Shown here piece by piece: positions 13,240 to 26,004 of a DNA stretch of 64,000 nucleotides. Positions within the stretch are counted from its first letter, which is position 1; every line of letters begins with the position of its first letter. The notes beneath the pieces are model-generated. The model did not search any database. It saw only the letters and a program-made list of their open reading frames with translations, and was not told the DNA's origin. The stretch is from Botryllus schlosseri. Its lineage: Eukaryota. Location: NCBI GenBank assembly GCA_051294905.1, contig CM119371.1, positions 20,090,001-20,154,000 of the forward strand, in the 5' to 3' direction. Made by a program: the position numbers and the translations under genes.

Positions 13240-13470
13240 GAGCCGAACGAGATAGGGTAATGGTGGTACGTCCGGCTTCTTGATCGAGGTCATGGTGGGT
13301 CCGATCTCCAACCAAAGACTCAAAAACTGGTATTCGCGGCTATTCTGCTAGGCGTTCAGCCTCCACGGATCGCACGGAGGAGAAAAAACGGGGATGCAGA
13401 CTAGGTGATCTTACGGCCGTATCGCTCCTCCGTCGTCAAAGCATTTCGATGGTGCAGGTGAAATCGAATA
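13240..13470 (+). mobile_element. Degenerate tRNA-derived SINE of a second family
   Basis: tRNA-like head (GATAGGGTAATGGTGG...GGGTCCGATC) followed by an ACCAAAGACT..AAAACTGGTA core. Confidence 0.4.
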
Positions 13471-13699
13471 CCGCCGTTCTCTCTCACACTGTTTCACGGT
13501 AACTAAATACGTATTTTGGGCTAACACCTATTTGTAATGTCATTAGTCAGTTTGCTTTATTCAGGCAGATACATATTGCAAATTCGAAATTAGGCACCGG
13601 TTGCGATTGACTGCTACATGCTGATTTACTCTCGACGAGCAAATCTCTCCGACAGACCAACTCACATCATATTGCAGGAAGAACGTCGTTATTAATTCA

Positions 13700-14640
13700 A
13701 TCACTCATGTAATCGATGCATCCATTTTATCTGTTCAGTTTTTTTCGATTCGATAGAGAAACTGCGTGCGGTGTGCCGGACAGACCGTTCCACGCAGTTT
13801 GCCAAGTTATTGTACGATGCTCTGAAAACAGATTGAATACTGTCACAAAGTCACCTACGCACCTATATTCCAAACAAAGGCATGTAGGCTGTACTAGCCG
13901 AACACATTACATTGTGATCGAATTCAAACGATGAGGTGAATTACTTTTTAACAAATAAAGTTTTTGTGACTCCATTCCATTGCGTTGCACGGGGTAGATA
14001 TTTGTTTCGTTTAAAAAGATGGGATCCACTATTATTCAGTTCACTAAACCCAGTTTATGTCAGCACAGAGGGTTTACGTATAAGTTATAGCTCTCCCATT
14101 AGTTTCCATTGTTTTGTGTATGTTGTCCGTCGTTATTTTGCCTGTAATGTAGATATTATTATTGACATACTTGAAACTGTATTGTCGGCATTGTTACAAT
14201 GCCAATTCCATGGGCTGCAACATTGATTGTTACGTCATACTTTTTCATATTTGTCTTACTCTGAATCTGTTCGAATCCCTTTAGTGCAGTGGTTCCCAAA
14301 CATTTTTTAGACACGGGCACTTTTATTTACAGTAAAAAATTCACGCACCCCTAATCGTCATATCACAAAATGCAACCAGAATGATAGCAATCCCAACGGA
14401 TAGTTTGATGGCATGGAAGGTTATAGCTGTTGATGAGACAATTCTCAAATATGAATTTCGGACTATACGCAGAGCAATAACTATGAATTGAAGGTAAATC
14501 GCGCAGCTTCGCGCCACCCTTCATATGCTTTCACACCCTCCAGGGTGACGCCCCTTAGCTTGAGAACCACTGCTTTAGTGCGTGAATAACTCATGATGAG
14601 AGGCACCCGAACTGTCTTCGACTTCAAATATATCTATATT
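13700..14640 (+). mobile_element. Penelope-like retroelement relic (GIY-YIG endonuclease C-terminus and 3' region), interrupted by MITE 14287-14572
   Basis: Frameshifted peptides RHVGCTSR, VARGRYLFRLK and STIIQFTKPSLCQHRGFTYKL*LSH match the copy at 50492-50731; downstream DNA also aligns. Confidence 0.7.
14287..14572 (+). mobile_element. hAT-type MITE (~290-bp family; also 18731-19039, 49810-50102, 63352-63669)
   Basis: TIRs CAGTGGTTC / GAACCACTG; perfect TSD CTTTAGTG (14279-14286, 14573-14580). Confidence 0.9.
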
Positions 14641-15562
14641 GTTGCAATAGATATCCGAGTTTACACTTTTGGTTAAAAGATTGTGTATACACAACCGTGT
14701 GCAACCCATGATATTCGGGTGTGAACCTGCCGTACACAAAACTGGAACCTAGCTCAGACTTGCACCACGGTACAAAGAAAACAAAACATATTATTCCGAC
14801 TGATTTTTGCACGTAGGAACACAAGCAAAGCCGTATATGGGTATATCATACCCTGATTCAATCCTGATAATAATCTATCCAAACCTTTGTCAGTGATGTA
14901 CGCATAGCAGCAATATGGAGTTATCTTGCGTGCATCAAACTGCGTCAACATTTCGATATCGAAGTACTTACTGCCTAAAATGACTGGTAATTATTGTCTC
15001 TGGGCCAGAGTTCATCAAGCTAATCTTCAAAATTTTCAGAAATAATTACGGCTTTTGCCAACGCCGTTCGCATCATCGAAAATATTAATTGTATGTTACA
15101 TTTTAAGTGCGGAGATGCGGTCAAAGCGGTCAGAATTTCTAAGTTGAATCAACGCCGTAAATATATTATCGATGACAAGAGAAAATGGTAATATCAACTA
15201 ATGTCAAAACTACTTCAAGTAAAAGTAGAGCATGAAGATAGGCAAAGCACACATGTAAGTAGTTGAAAAAAGTAGATTCGGTTGCTGGGTCGACTAACGC
15301 ATAATCACTGATGACACGATAGATACGTGCAATCTTCGAAAACATATTCAGTTACCGCGTTTGCAAGCACAGCCCACAAACATCTTCTACGTCGAAAAAT
15401 CAAAAGACCAAAAAGTGATTTATGATGCCTGAAAAGTGTAAAAGTAAAAGTAATCTAAAAATTTGAAGACTCGGCAAATGTTACGACTAAGGTAAAACTA
15501 CTTGATTACTTACAAAATAGGCAACTACAGTGCTGACCACATCTGCATTTGCAATGGACGAC

Positions 15563-15850
15563 GCAGTGGCAAGATAGCGCGGTGGTATAATCCACATATG
15601 CATCACCAATGGGTTGTGGATTCGCGTCCAGAATTACTAACCTAGTGCTGGAGGCTAATCTTAGGCTCCTCGACACCATCTGATCCGCGTAAGCGATGTC
15701 TTAAAAAAAGCCCAGAAGTGGGCCCTGCTAAAATTCAGTCGGCAAATACGGAATGAGAAATTGGGAATATTGGCCTGGTTTAAATGACCATCGTAGTTGA
15801 CAAACACAATGTATGCGACAAACTCCATGAATACCACAAACAACAACAAT
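15563..15850 (+). mobile_element. tRNA-derived SINE with (CAA)n tail
   Basis: A-box-like TAGCGCGGTGG, degenerate B-box GATTCGCGTCC; body aligns with 12932-13190. Confidence 0.7.
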
Positions 15851-15908
15851 AGGCAACGCGGATATGCTTTCATCTAACCTACATGACATTGAACTGTCCA
15901 AAACTCAC

Positions 15909-16065
15909 CACGTCTCTCCTTCTCAAGCAATATTCGTGAATGGGATACAATAACAGAATCTTCATCGCCAATCGGTTTCTGCACGCAGACCAAGCGCTTT
16001 TTTAGATCACATATACCGTACATTAGCCAGGATACGGCGCATTTTTGGTAGAGTTGTTTTGAGCA
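15909..16065 (-). pseudogene. Pseudogenised IB-domain exon 2 (CSKQLYQKCAVSWLMYGICDLKKRLVCVQKPIGDEDSV/ frameshift /YPIHEYCLRRRDV)
   Basis: Clear homology to 9849-10017 including donor GTG|gtgagt; 5' part (CCxV codons and acceptor) missing; +1 frameshift; one Cys changed to Gly; no exon 1 found. Confidence 0.85.
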
Positions 16066-16194
16066 GCGGTCGGGTCGGGTGTCAATTTAAAGCAGGAAAT
16101 GCTTTAGAAGCAGCATTTCTAGCAGCGAACACAGGTTTCTTAGAACTGTAATGACAAAGGCAGCGGTCAAAGTGTTTCACGGGATTGTAATGAC

Positions 16195-16665
16195 TCGGGT
16201 GGGGATTTTCGGTGACTCGACTCATGTTATTCACGAAAAACAAGCAAAAGACTCTACTCGACTTGAATCAATCTGTCTATTGACTTGACTGGCTCGACTC
16301 ATTGCGCATAACTCGGTCCAAGTTGTGTGAATCGATATTAGAAAGGACAAGACCGACATTTCAATGCAATTTTAAAGTATAGTAAAGTTACCAAACTAGT
16401 ATTCCATCTATTTATACTGGTAGTTAGAAATGCGAGCAGGAATCGTTAAAAGTGAGGAACCTTAGTACATTGTGTTTGCTAAGCGTTCGATATCACCCAC
16501 AAGATTTTAACTGGAAACTAAACACTCAACAATGTGACTCGGACTTGACCGTCTGCGGACGAAGTTGGACTCAGATTAACTCGGTGGTGAATTTAAAATG
16601 ACTCGAAAAGACTCGGAGTCACTCAAGACTATAAATGTGAGATTGACTTGTGACTCGGAACCTTG
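16195..16665. mobile_element. Degenerate MITE with GACTC/GACTT arrays (related to 59036-59970)
   Basis: Clustered GACTCG/GACTTG motifs at both ends; termini eroded. Confidence 0.45.
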
Positions 16666-16689
16666 CGAATTGGTGACAACCATGGCAAC

Positions 16690-17091
16690 AACCCAAGTTT
16701 TAGAGCCACTATCTTTGAATAAAGCATCCAAAGGGCCTCTATAATAAATAATAAATACCGTTATGTTGTAATTGCGATCACAATTACACTCATTTCTGTA
16801 AATGAATGCTATTTTATTATTATTTATCGCAGTTTCTGCGAGGGCGGTAGTCCCCATATTAAAACCAATACATGTGATGCTAAGTCGCACGCATCGCGAA
16901 GAAAATTTCATGTAGTTAGCCTAAATCGGCCCAAAATAATATTGTTTATCTTGATTTACGAGAAAATTATGAGCTTACTTCAAGCCGTTCAAATTCCGGA
17001 CATTTAGGCATATTTTAGAAATTCCCCTGGACGTAGTCTTTACAGTGAAATTCCGGACATGTCCGGAAATTCCGGACGTATGGCAACCCTA
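16690..17091 (-). mobile_element. Fragment of a TAGGGTTGCCA-terminated hAT-type element (family of 61880-62631)
   Basis: Ends ...CCGGACGTATGGCAACCCTA; reverse complement aligns with 61880-62270. Confidence 0.75.
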
Positions 17092-17519
17092 ATATTAGGC
17101 ATTCTTTCGAATCGCACCAGTAACAAACATTTCGTTCTTCTTCCAAACACTTGATTGCAACAGTTTCGAAATATCGAAAATAAAAATAGCAAGTCACTTG
17201 GAAAATACGGAGTGGCGATTTTAAAAGCCTTGTTGATATTAGACTCACTGTCGCAATATGTTCTGTACTAACACATGGTTGTCGATGTGGCTGCACGGAT
17301 GCAAAAATATGCCTAAAGGCGTCATATTGTATGGAGACCAAAACGGGGTATTTTTAGGCCGGGGATATCACTCTGAGCTTCCCGTGAAAAGGTGTTTAGA
17401 AAAAATAGAACATATATGTATACTTTTGAATGTAAAGACGTGGACAAAAACAGTACTGAATGAAGTAAGCCGAAAATACTTAATGTTGAAACCTGAATAT
17501 ATGTGCACCGTTACTGTTA

Positions 17520-17755
17520 TTGACTTCGTGTTCGTGGTGTTTCTACTGCATTGGACATATTACACTAGGCCAATATTCATTTTCATGATTCCTGAACAAC
17601 ACACTATTGGCAAAGCCCACTTTCAGTCTTGGCTGGTGGCGAGGCGGGGCCAGGATAAACCTCCAAGACTTCGGTAGGAGTTCGGTCAGGACCGGGACTA
17701 ACAACCCATTGCTGCCGTATCTTTGGAAAGTACCACTATGCTATCTCGCAACGAT
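17520..17755 (-). mobile_element. tRNA-derived SINE (minus strand)
   Basis: Reverse complement reads GCGAGATAGCATAGTGGTAC...GGAGGTTTATCC...AAGTGGGC...GGCCTAGTGTAA...AAACACCACGAA, matching the SINE family. Confidence 0.65.
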
Positions 17756-17759
17756 TTGT

Positions 17760-18010
17760 GTATCGTGTTTACGTACGTCGTGTGCGTAATCCAGATTAAA
17801 ATTGTATAAACAACATAACAAAGCATGCCGTACAAGAGATTGTCACAGATAATGTAATTCGCAATGTGACAATGACATGGCAACAGACAATTTTGGAACT
17901 AGGAATTTTTCGTGTAGTTGAATACAACAAATACACACATAAATACATACAGAGGCTACATACATAAAATACTGATGTGAGATTTGCATGTTATAAAATA
18001 AAAAATTAAT
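17760..18010 (-). mobile_element. Penelope-like 3' remnant
   Basis: Minus strand FYNMQISH resembles LYKLQISH of 50492-50731, followed by the shared CATTGT(C/T)ACA(T/A)TGCGAAT block. Confidence 0.4.
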
Positions 18011-18730
18011 CGGCAACATTTGTATTTGTCAACCCCTAGGGGTCCGCGAAACGTCCAAATTTGGAACATGGTTAATAACCTAATTTGTATTCCTTTAGTG
18101 TAATTAGAGAAATCACGAGGCGGTTACGCTTCATAACTGTTAAATCTTCAGCACTCACATAAACAGAATGGCTTTCTGAGACGCAATATCAACTTGTGCT
18201 AACAGATTTTAATAATACCTATAGCGTACTGATGCAAGCATTGCTGTTTAGAGATGTTTTATTGGGGTTTGGAAAAGATTTGTTTGCAAAAATTCATTTT
18301 CTCATGTCATATAAATAACCGCTATTCCAGAAGAACTCCAATATGAGATGCTAGATAGAAAAGATTATAGGCTGGGCGTTATATGTTCATTAAAAATATG
18401 TTTCTCAAATTTCGTGCAATATCCGTTGCGATCATTCCCAAGAGCAGGGGTGGGCAATTATTTTCCTCCGCGGGCCAAATTAAAAGTAGAAACTACGTTG
18501 GCGGGCCGAGTGAAAATTTTTAGGTATATTCTCCAGCATATTTTAACTTTATTTCTAAATTACATTGTTAATAAATGTTGCTCAGTGAATGTGTTGATGT
18601 TCGGGAATGAGAAATCGACGGTTAATTAAAAATATATCCATTTGCCGTCATGATTCGAAACAATGTTACATACGGTACATTTTAACTCTCTGTAAACACC
18701 TATCCACGTTCTTTTATTAAGACTCTAAAA

Positions 18731-19039
18731 CAGCGGTTCTCAAACTTTTTTAGGCACGCCTCTCTGTATGATAGTGAAAAATTTCGAGCACCCCTCATCA
18801 TGATATCACAAAATATTAAAAAGTGCAACCAGAATGCTAGCAGCCCCAATGGATAATTTGCTGACATGGACGGTAATGGCTGTGGATGAGTGAAGTCTGA
18901 AATATCAAAGTCTGCCAATACACAGAGCAAGAACTATAAGCTGGCGGTAAATCGCGTGGGAGCGCTAAAGATTTTTTCAATAAACTTCAACTTCGCGCCC
19001 CCTTCTGATTCTTTCACGACCCCAATTCAAGAGCCACTG
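18731..19039 (+). mobile_element. hAT-type MITE (~290-bp family)
   Basis: CAGCGGTTCTCAAAC ... GAGCCACTG; interior aligns with 14287-14572. Confidence 0.75.
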
Positions 19040-19358
19040 CACAGAAATGTATATGCAATGGTACAAAGCATATTTTATTGGTCGCTGCCTTCCGAGCAGT
19101 GTGCTGCTTAAATAGCCTTGATATCGAGCGAAGCTTGCAGTTCTTCTGAACCTCGCCCTCCCTAGCTTGACCGAGTGATTCGTGCTTTTGTTACAAGAAC
19201 GACGTTAATTAAAATCCTTAATTTCGGCGATATGCTGGGTAAAAACTAAAAGGACTCCAGTATACAAATATTTAGTGCTCTAAAGTCTAAACCGTCTTTG
19301 AATTGAGTTTTTGGCTTTCTTTTTTTGACATGCTCGTTAATCCGTTATGGGTGATAAC

Positions 19359-20621
19359 CAGGCCTGTTTATTTTTGGATTTCTCCAGAAATAACAAAAAT
19401 AGCTTATTTTTGGATGTTTTCAAATTTTATTTTTGGAGGATCTCCAAAAATAAGAATTGAAGGTGTTTTGAGCCCTATTACTTCTGAAAAAATCCACCAA
19501 AAGTATGTTATTATCATGTATTCAAGTCCTCCAACACATAGATATCATCAGTGATCTTGATCTAACTTTCCAATACATTCTTCACAAATTTAGTCTTTGG
19601 CCAGGAGGATGCCTTCTAGAGAATATTAATCACTGCGAGACGCCCCCCCCCTTGATTTTCGAGATATCGGCCTCGGACGTCGCAATTGTGGCAAACATCG
19701 GGGTTAGGGCTCCAGAAATCGAGGAATGTCTAACTCTTCAAACTTTCCAATCTTCCAGGCCTTTGCTCCTGAGAAGCGCTCGTCAGTAATGCGCTTGAAA
19801 CCTCTGATCCTCCACGAAGTTGCGTGCCTCATTGAACTTGACATCCCAACACCCTCTGACCAGAAAACCTTCCTTGTGGCGGTCCTCGTCCCAGTCCTCA
19901 CCTGGACACAGGCGTTCGACCAGGCGCATGAGCTCCTGCTGCTCCATGATCAGAACATCAAGACCATGAAGCTTCGTGACGGTGGTGCTCAGCTATGTGC
20001 GAGCGTGACCATGCGATCGAGAACGATCAGGTGGATCCACCACAGCAGCGAAGTTGAACACGTCGGACTGTTTTCGTCCATAACATCAAGGAGTTTGGTA
20101 CGGTTTCCAGTCAACCAAGAGGCCACCCTCTTCATTGACAATAAACGAGCGTCAACAAACTTGGGTCACACGCTTTCCATCTACACTGGATCAAGTTGTG
20201 TTGCCGTCTGAAGCATCAGCAGATGAGTCCCGTCATCGTGTGGGCGAAGTGATTGCGACAGAGGTGGCTGTATATGATTTCGCCGTTCCCTTTGCCTCAC
20301 TCAAGCTGCCTTCCCGTCTTCTCCACGTGTCGCACTGTGAAACTTATAGGAGTACAAAGGCGGAGGGGCGGGCAGGCAGGCAAGGTCAGCAGAAACGTGA
20401 AGTGGATTGAATGGAAGTAATTTTAGCGTTTCGGTGACCCCTTCCCTCACATAGGTGCTGTTTTGTGTGTTCTATGAGTTTTCTGGTCGTTTGCATCGCT
20501 CTGACTTGTATATTTCACTGAAAAACATCATCCAAAAAAATCTTATTTTTGGATGTTTTCAAATCTTATTTTTGGAGAATCTCCAAAAATAAAACCCATT
20601 ATCCAAAAATAAACAGGCCTG
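19359..20621 (-). mobile_element. hAT-like DNA transposon carrying a decayed, GC-rich transposase fragment (~20290-19745, minus)
   Basis: TIR CAGGCCTGTTTATTTTTGGAT; perfect TSD GTGATAAC (19351-19358, 20622-20629); frameshifted peptides MTGLIC*CFRRQHNLIQ / PKFVDARLLSMKRVASWLTGNRTKLLDVMDENSPTCSTSLLWWIHLIVLDRM / VTKLHGLDVLIMEQQELMRLVERLC...FVEDQ. Confidence 0.8.
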
Positions 20622-22476
20622 GTGATAACTGATAGATATGGTGAGTGATATAGTAATTGCGAGCACTGATTGACTTGTTTTACGAATTAAGGATTTGGAA
20701 ACGTATCACATAACAATTTGAAGCACATGTCGTATAATGCGTAATGTGATAATGGCAATAAAGAAGGTTTGAACTAAACTATATGGAAAAAATGATTTCT
20801 TGTGACTTTAATTACTACTCAGACTTTACCATATTACCTTTATTTTGAATCTGGATTACGCGTAATCGTGGCATATTAATGAACATGCTTCAAAGTAAAC
20901 GAATTTCGTGTTCAGTTGATACAGCCTATGATTTTAGTCATTCAAAAAGCAAATTTTATGTTTTGAATTCTAAGCAACCTTTCGCGGGCCGCACAGAATA
21001 GCTTCGCGGGCCGCACTTTGCCCAGGTCTTCCCAAGGGTAACGTTGGGCGCGTTACGAGTTCTCATTGCATTGCACCTATCACTGTGGAAATGGATTTCG
21101 GCATTCGTTCATATCAAATCAAATACGCTGATTTTCAAGACACGATAGTGTATTTCAAGAAATTCAGCTACAGAATTTCATTTAATATCATAAAATACTC
21201 CCCAATATCCACATAAATCGTATGATGTTATTTTTGAGTGAAGTCATTTAGTTGCTGTTTATCACTAGCCTGTACAGGTAATATTTGCATAAGACAGATA
21301 ACGTTTGCACGATAATTTTGCTTACCTGGAACTAAATCTTGAGAGGTCCGCGGGGTACGTGACGGTCCAAACGGGGTCCTCGAAGAAAAAACGTCGAGAG
21401 CCACTGGACTAAAGTTTTGGCACGATCCTTCACGACATTTTCCCTTCTGATTTTGCCCCTTGGATAAAATAAATTTAGTGAAAGAACGGTGAAAAAAAGC
21501 CAGCCTGAAAACTAGGACGAATCAATTCGATTTTGTGAGATAATTTAATTAGCGCATAAACTAGTGTGATAGCTCTCAGCTCGTCCCGTCCACAATGGAC
21601 CATATTCCGCTGCACGTTTGGTAACGATGGAATGGAATGAAATAGGCCTACACGAACTATTGCGGATGTTGATAGTTTTCACGGTGAGGGAGAGCAACGA
21701 CAAAGTGCTTTGAATTAGAAAACAAACACATGACGATGACTCTATCTAGGCATTTCATCTGATGTGTTTGACTGCACTCACCGCAATTGATCGAGCATTT
21801 TACCGTCTTCCGATTATCTCTAGGCCGCAGGTACAGGTCGATTTAGCACACAATTTGTCTCTGTAATATGAGATGCATCTTTTTTTCCAACGGCAGCGAA
21901 GCTATTTGTTTGTTCCTAAGCATGGCAGGTGGAGGTGGCTTGGTGACGATATTGAATACGTCAATAGTCATCGTGGTTGTTGACGATAGCTAACAATGTA
22001 AAAATTATCCCTCTACTTCTTTCTCTTTCATACACCGCACAAACACTGAATACGGCGTCCACCTGATGGATATTCTGTGACGTCATAGTGGAAAACCATC
22101 CGTTCCAGACTCATCTCAAAATTACACCAAACAACAACTACATATTATTGGTGTATTGAATATATGCTTCAAGACCCACATCAGTAGCGAACGTCAGTAA
22201 TACGGTGACTCAAACTCGAAATGTGGGGAATACTTTTTCAGTATCACGTAATAATATCGAAAACAGCCAACTAGTAGACATCACAACGAACACTATGATC
22301 AATTGTTCCATTTACCATATTATTCGACTAATAATTTTCGACTGACTCTTATCAGGAGCGAATGTCTGTAAAGGAGGTTAACCAATATTCATTTCTGTCG
22401 AAAAGGTCCGAAGGTACTAAACGTAACATTATCAACATATTTTTTGTGGCGATATTCAAATTTAGTACTTCTAAAG

Positions 22477-23263
22477 CAGGAGTGGCCAACCTTTTTGCTA
22501 TTCAGGGCCACATTTCGGTTACCCATGTAGCCTACGGCCGCATTCCAGGGCATAGTCGTAATGAATTAGCTCGACGCCAATTATGCATGATAAATTGTCC
22601 ATGTCCAATTGGCCATTACCGGTCAACTCCGAACTAATCTATTGATTTATAGCGGCTTACAATACGCACCGAAATCACGAGTTTATGGGATTCGTTATGG
22701 TCACGCGAAGCGCGAGAAGCTTTCAGAATATCGTCAATAATATAAGTAGTCTCACATGTCCAACATTTATCCTCACCAAGCCTACGTGGTCCGATCCACC
22801 GATAGAGTTGAAGGAGGCTGTGTTTTCGGAAATGTAGCTCACGTTTTAAATGATGATGGATCTTCGGATGGGCAAAGTGTTATTAGTCATTGTGTTGCTA
22901 GCTGTTATTTTTTGACCTCCCATCAAGATTTTCGGTATAGTGGAAATATATCCGAATCACCCAAATGTACCAAAAACCAATTTATTCTGTGACGAACACA
23001 CGATTCCAAGTTGCTGTTGTATATTGGACGCATCATTTCCCTGTGCAGTCCAGCGCAAATCTGTTCTGTGGGGCTCAGATTGCAAAGGTCGATCCTATAC
23101 TAAATTTGAAAAATGAAGTTACATTGAATCGCGCGCGAAGAAAATTTCAAGATTAATTAAAATCTCTCAAACGTTCGAGGGTCGGCTCAACTTGCATATC
23201 GTCGGCCTCCAACACATACATACTCCACATACATACTCCACAGCTGCAGATTGGACAACCATG
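22477..23263 (+). mobile_element. hAT-type non-autonomous element (related to 31220-32325)
   Basis: CAGGAGTGGCCAACC start; shared internal blocks (GCCTACGGCCGCATTC, GCACCGAAATCA, CTGTGGGGCTCAGATT) with 31220-32325. Confidence 0.6.
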
Positions 23264-24607
23264 ACTAATACCTTGTATCCTACTCATCGATAATCCATTT
23301 ATAGGGTGGTTACAGATTCTATGTATTGCTTAGGCTTGTATGCATTAGAAGTTTAGTAGAACTTTAGAAGTGTGTACCATTATGAAAAAGTCTAGACAAG
23401 TACTGATGAATAGTATTGCGGCATGTTAGGCCACCATATGTATTCTTTCTGAAAAATCCTAAAAATCTTTTCTCTACGTTGTCATCACACGATATGTTCT
23501 AGTCTGCCAGCATAAGACAGTGTCATGGAATTAAATTTTCGCGGAAGATGTCGATCGCCGTATGGTCCGTCGTTCTCTTGCTAATATACCTTCCCGTGCG
23601 CCATATGCCATTATATCCGGACATGCGTTATTCTAGAATAGGCGCATCAAAATCGGAGCAGGCTGCACCATATTGCATTCGCGCTGCGTAAGAGCCGTAT
23701 AAAGACTTGAAATGTGCCTCTCGCAATTTAGTCTGCGATTATAGGCGACAGTGAAAACTCTTAGCAATAGAGGTAAATATTCAGCAATATGTTCAACAAT
23801 ATACTGCTGCGAAAATATGTCAATCTCCAAGTTGCCGCCTGGCACAGGTTTACAGGAGTTTTAGACGCCATTATTGCTACATGCCACAGATAATTCATTC
23901 TGCCCGCGATATCGTGATAGTATCGCGGGAAAAGTTGTCGTAAGAATACAACAGTAGGGATGGTGTGAACGTGAGGTTCTGTATGTGAATCTTAGAAATT
24001 TAGAAATTGACGTTCGCAAACGAACCTTTGCTGGTTCATCACTGTGAACCTTTCTCATATACTACAATTTTCCACGTCAATATAACATCTTTGTTTGGAA
24101 TTATTTGCATTTCAACTTCAGGCCACTCTATGCACGACGCTGGCAGCATAAAAAAAACTTTCAAAATTTTACTTGCTTTGTTACAAAAGTTTGCTCGAAA
24201 TATCCAGCTTTCCATTCTTGAATATTTTGTGTCTCTCAGCTGTGAGCTTGACCCGTAATCACACAACACCAAGAGTGAATTCCCCTACATATAAGTATAG
24301 TCAGCGATTGATCCTTATTCATCCAATCAATGAAATTAATAAAGAATACGCTGTATATTGTAAAAAAATCGAACAGGTGTAAGGGATCAATCTTGATTTT
24401 ATCTACAATTAAACTCGATTAAGAAGTCCGGTGAACTAGAGGTACAACTAGTATTGATTCAGTTTTCACTCACTGGGCGTAATGGCGCAATATTGTGATA
24501 TAGTTCACAATGCTGTTAGTTTTAGTAATTTGATCACTGACTGATCACTGTCCCAGTGATATGACATTAAACTTACCTTTTTTACAATAGATAAAGTGAT
24601 CGGTAAA

Positions 24608-24750
24608 ATGAATAGCTTCACAGTAAGTCTCATAGCAGTATTAGCGTGTGCTGTCGGTGTATCGGCACTCAGCTGTTTGCCCTGTCACAAGGTTACTTGC
24701 AGGAAACCGATGTGCAAAGCCGGCGTTACTGTTATCAAGGGTATATGCGG
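24608..24750 (+). CDS. IB-domain protein B, coding exon 1 with signal peptide (MNSFTVSLIAVLACAVGVSA-LSCLPCHKVTCRKPMCKAGVTVIKGIC)
   Basis: aaaATG at 24608; upstream acceptor ttttttacaatag (24589-24590); signal ending V-S-A; donor GG|gtaagg; 143 nt, phase 2. Confidence 0.9.
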
Positions 24751-25720
24751 GTAAGGATTGTAGGAGATTATATTATTAAGGTGTTCCTTCCTGTTAAGTC
24801 TTAAACCGAGTAGTATGTTATATATGACGGATGGAATTTCGTACGTGTTGATATTGATTGTGAGATGAAATATGCGTATACCCCTCTAGTAGTATGGTTA
24901 TATATTCTGTGAAAGACAAGTAACGAAAAATGAGATAATATACTTTCACATCCGGTGATCTATTTATAACGACACGTTTTTAAAATGTTAAATATCAAAT
25001 ATATCGCGTCAGGCCGATATTCCATAACTGGTTGCCTTTCTACATATACTGATGTTTGCCTGTCCGTATTAATCAACGCCAGTTTGGCATGTATAATGAC
25101 TTTGAATTCGTGGTTCATTCGAGGTAAGTCCGCGATAGAACTTTTAATGCGATACCATCGGTAATCCATGAAGTATACCGTTATCGAAAATTTGGAATGC
25201 GCATGAATGTTAAACTGGTGATGTTTAACTTGTTACAAAAAACGATACTATTCTACTTAAACATTCTCCTAATCAGGAATTCACAATCTCAGTTTAGGCC
25301 CCATTAGTCGAACATTGGTAGCATTAAGATTTGGATATATCCCATAGGTAGTTTGTACCTTATAAAGTTCACCACGGTGTGTCATATAGTCGGGCAACTG
25401 CTTTATTCGGCCATAATGATCGAGAATGCGAAAAAAGCAAGAGTTACATAGATAAAACTCAGTTAATTCGGAATACTATCTGCTCAATTCAGGGGCTAGC
25501 AATTGCTATCGTTAGGTTATGTCGAAATACAGGACTTGGTTCGTCTAACCCAGGGATTCCCAAACTGGGGTGGCGACCCTAATGGGATCGTTTGCGTATT
25601 CTCTGGGGCCTCGGAGACAAAAATTAAATACTAATGATTATTACATGAATGACAATTAATAGCTATCAGCAGCTCATTTCTGTATATTTAAATTCAATTG
25701 AATAGTATATTCATATTGAA

Positions 25721-25761
25721 ATGAACCCGAATATTTTCGACTGACACTCGTCAGGGGTAAT
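25721..25761 (-). ncRNA. Minimal type I hammerhead ribozyme motif (minus-strand arm)
   Basis: attaccc-CTGACGA-g(tgtcagt)c-GAAA-atat-TC-gggtt on the minus strand; predicted cleavage between 25729 and 25728. Confidence 0.6.
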
Positions 25762-25963
25762 CGTCAGCAACTAGTAGAGAATTCAAAAGAACAGCGTGTA
25801 TCAACAATCGCAACACAAAATATGACGTCACCGGCACGAAATGTCGAATACGAGAGCGTTCAATGTACTATTTTTATTCGACATTTCGTGCTGGTGACGT
25901 CATATATTGTGTTACGATTGTTGATATACGCTGTTCTTTTTAATTCTCTACTAGTTGCTGACG

Positions 25964-26004
25964 ATTACCCCTGACGAGTGTCAGCCGAAAATATTCGGGT
26001 TAAT
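25964..26004 (+). ncRNA. Minimal type I hammerhead ribozyme motif (plus-strand arm)
   Basis: Stem I attaccc/gggttaat; core CTGACGA (25971-25977); 1-bp stem II; GAAA (25987-25990); palindromic ATAT loop III; UUC cleavage triplet ending at 25996. Confidence 0.65.

Larger units (their letters stand above)
18445..21030. mobile_element. hAT-type element (CAGGGGTGGGCAA, GCGGGCC motifs) containing two nested elements
   Basis: TSD CCCAAGAG (18437-18444) vs CCCAAGGG (21031-21038); right end CACTTTGCCCAGGTCTT. Confidence 0.7.

Noticed and set aside
15300..15360. CTGATGA...GAAA...TC hammerhead-like string
   Set aside because: Flanks cannot form stem I.
19726..20211. 161-aa plus-strand ORF
   Set aside because: Antisense shadow of the decayed minus-strand transposase; no recognisable motif of its own.
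21782..21860. Minus-strand ag...gtgagt-bounded 79-nt exon candidate
   Set aside because: Stops in all three frames and no similarity to IB exon 1.
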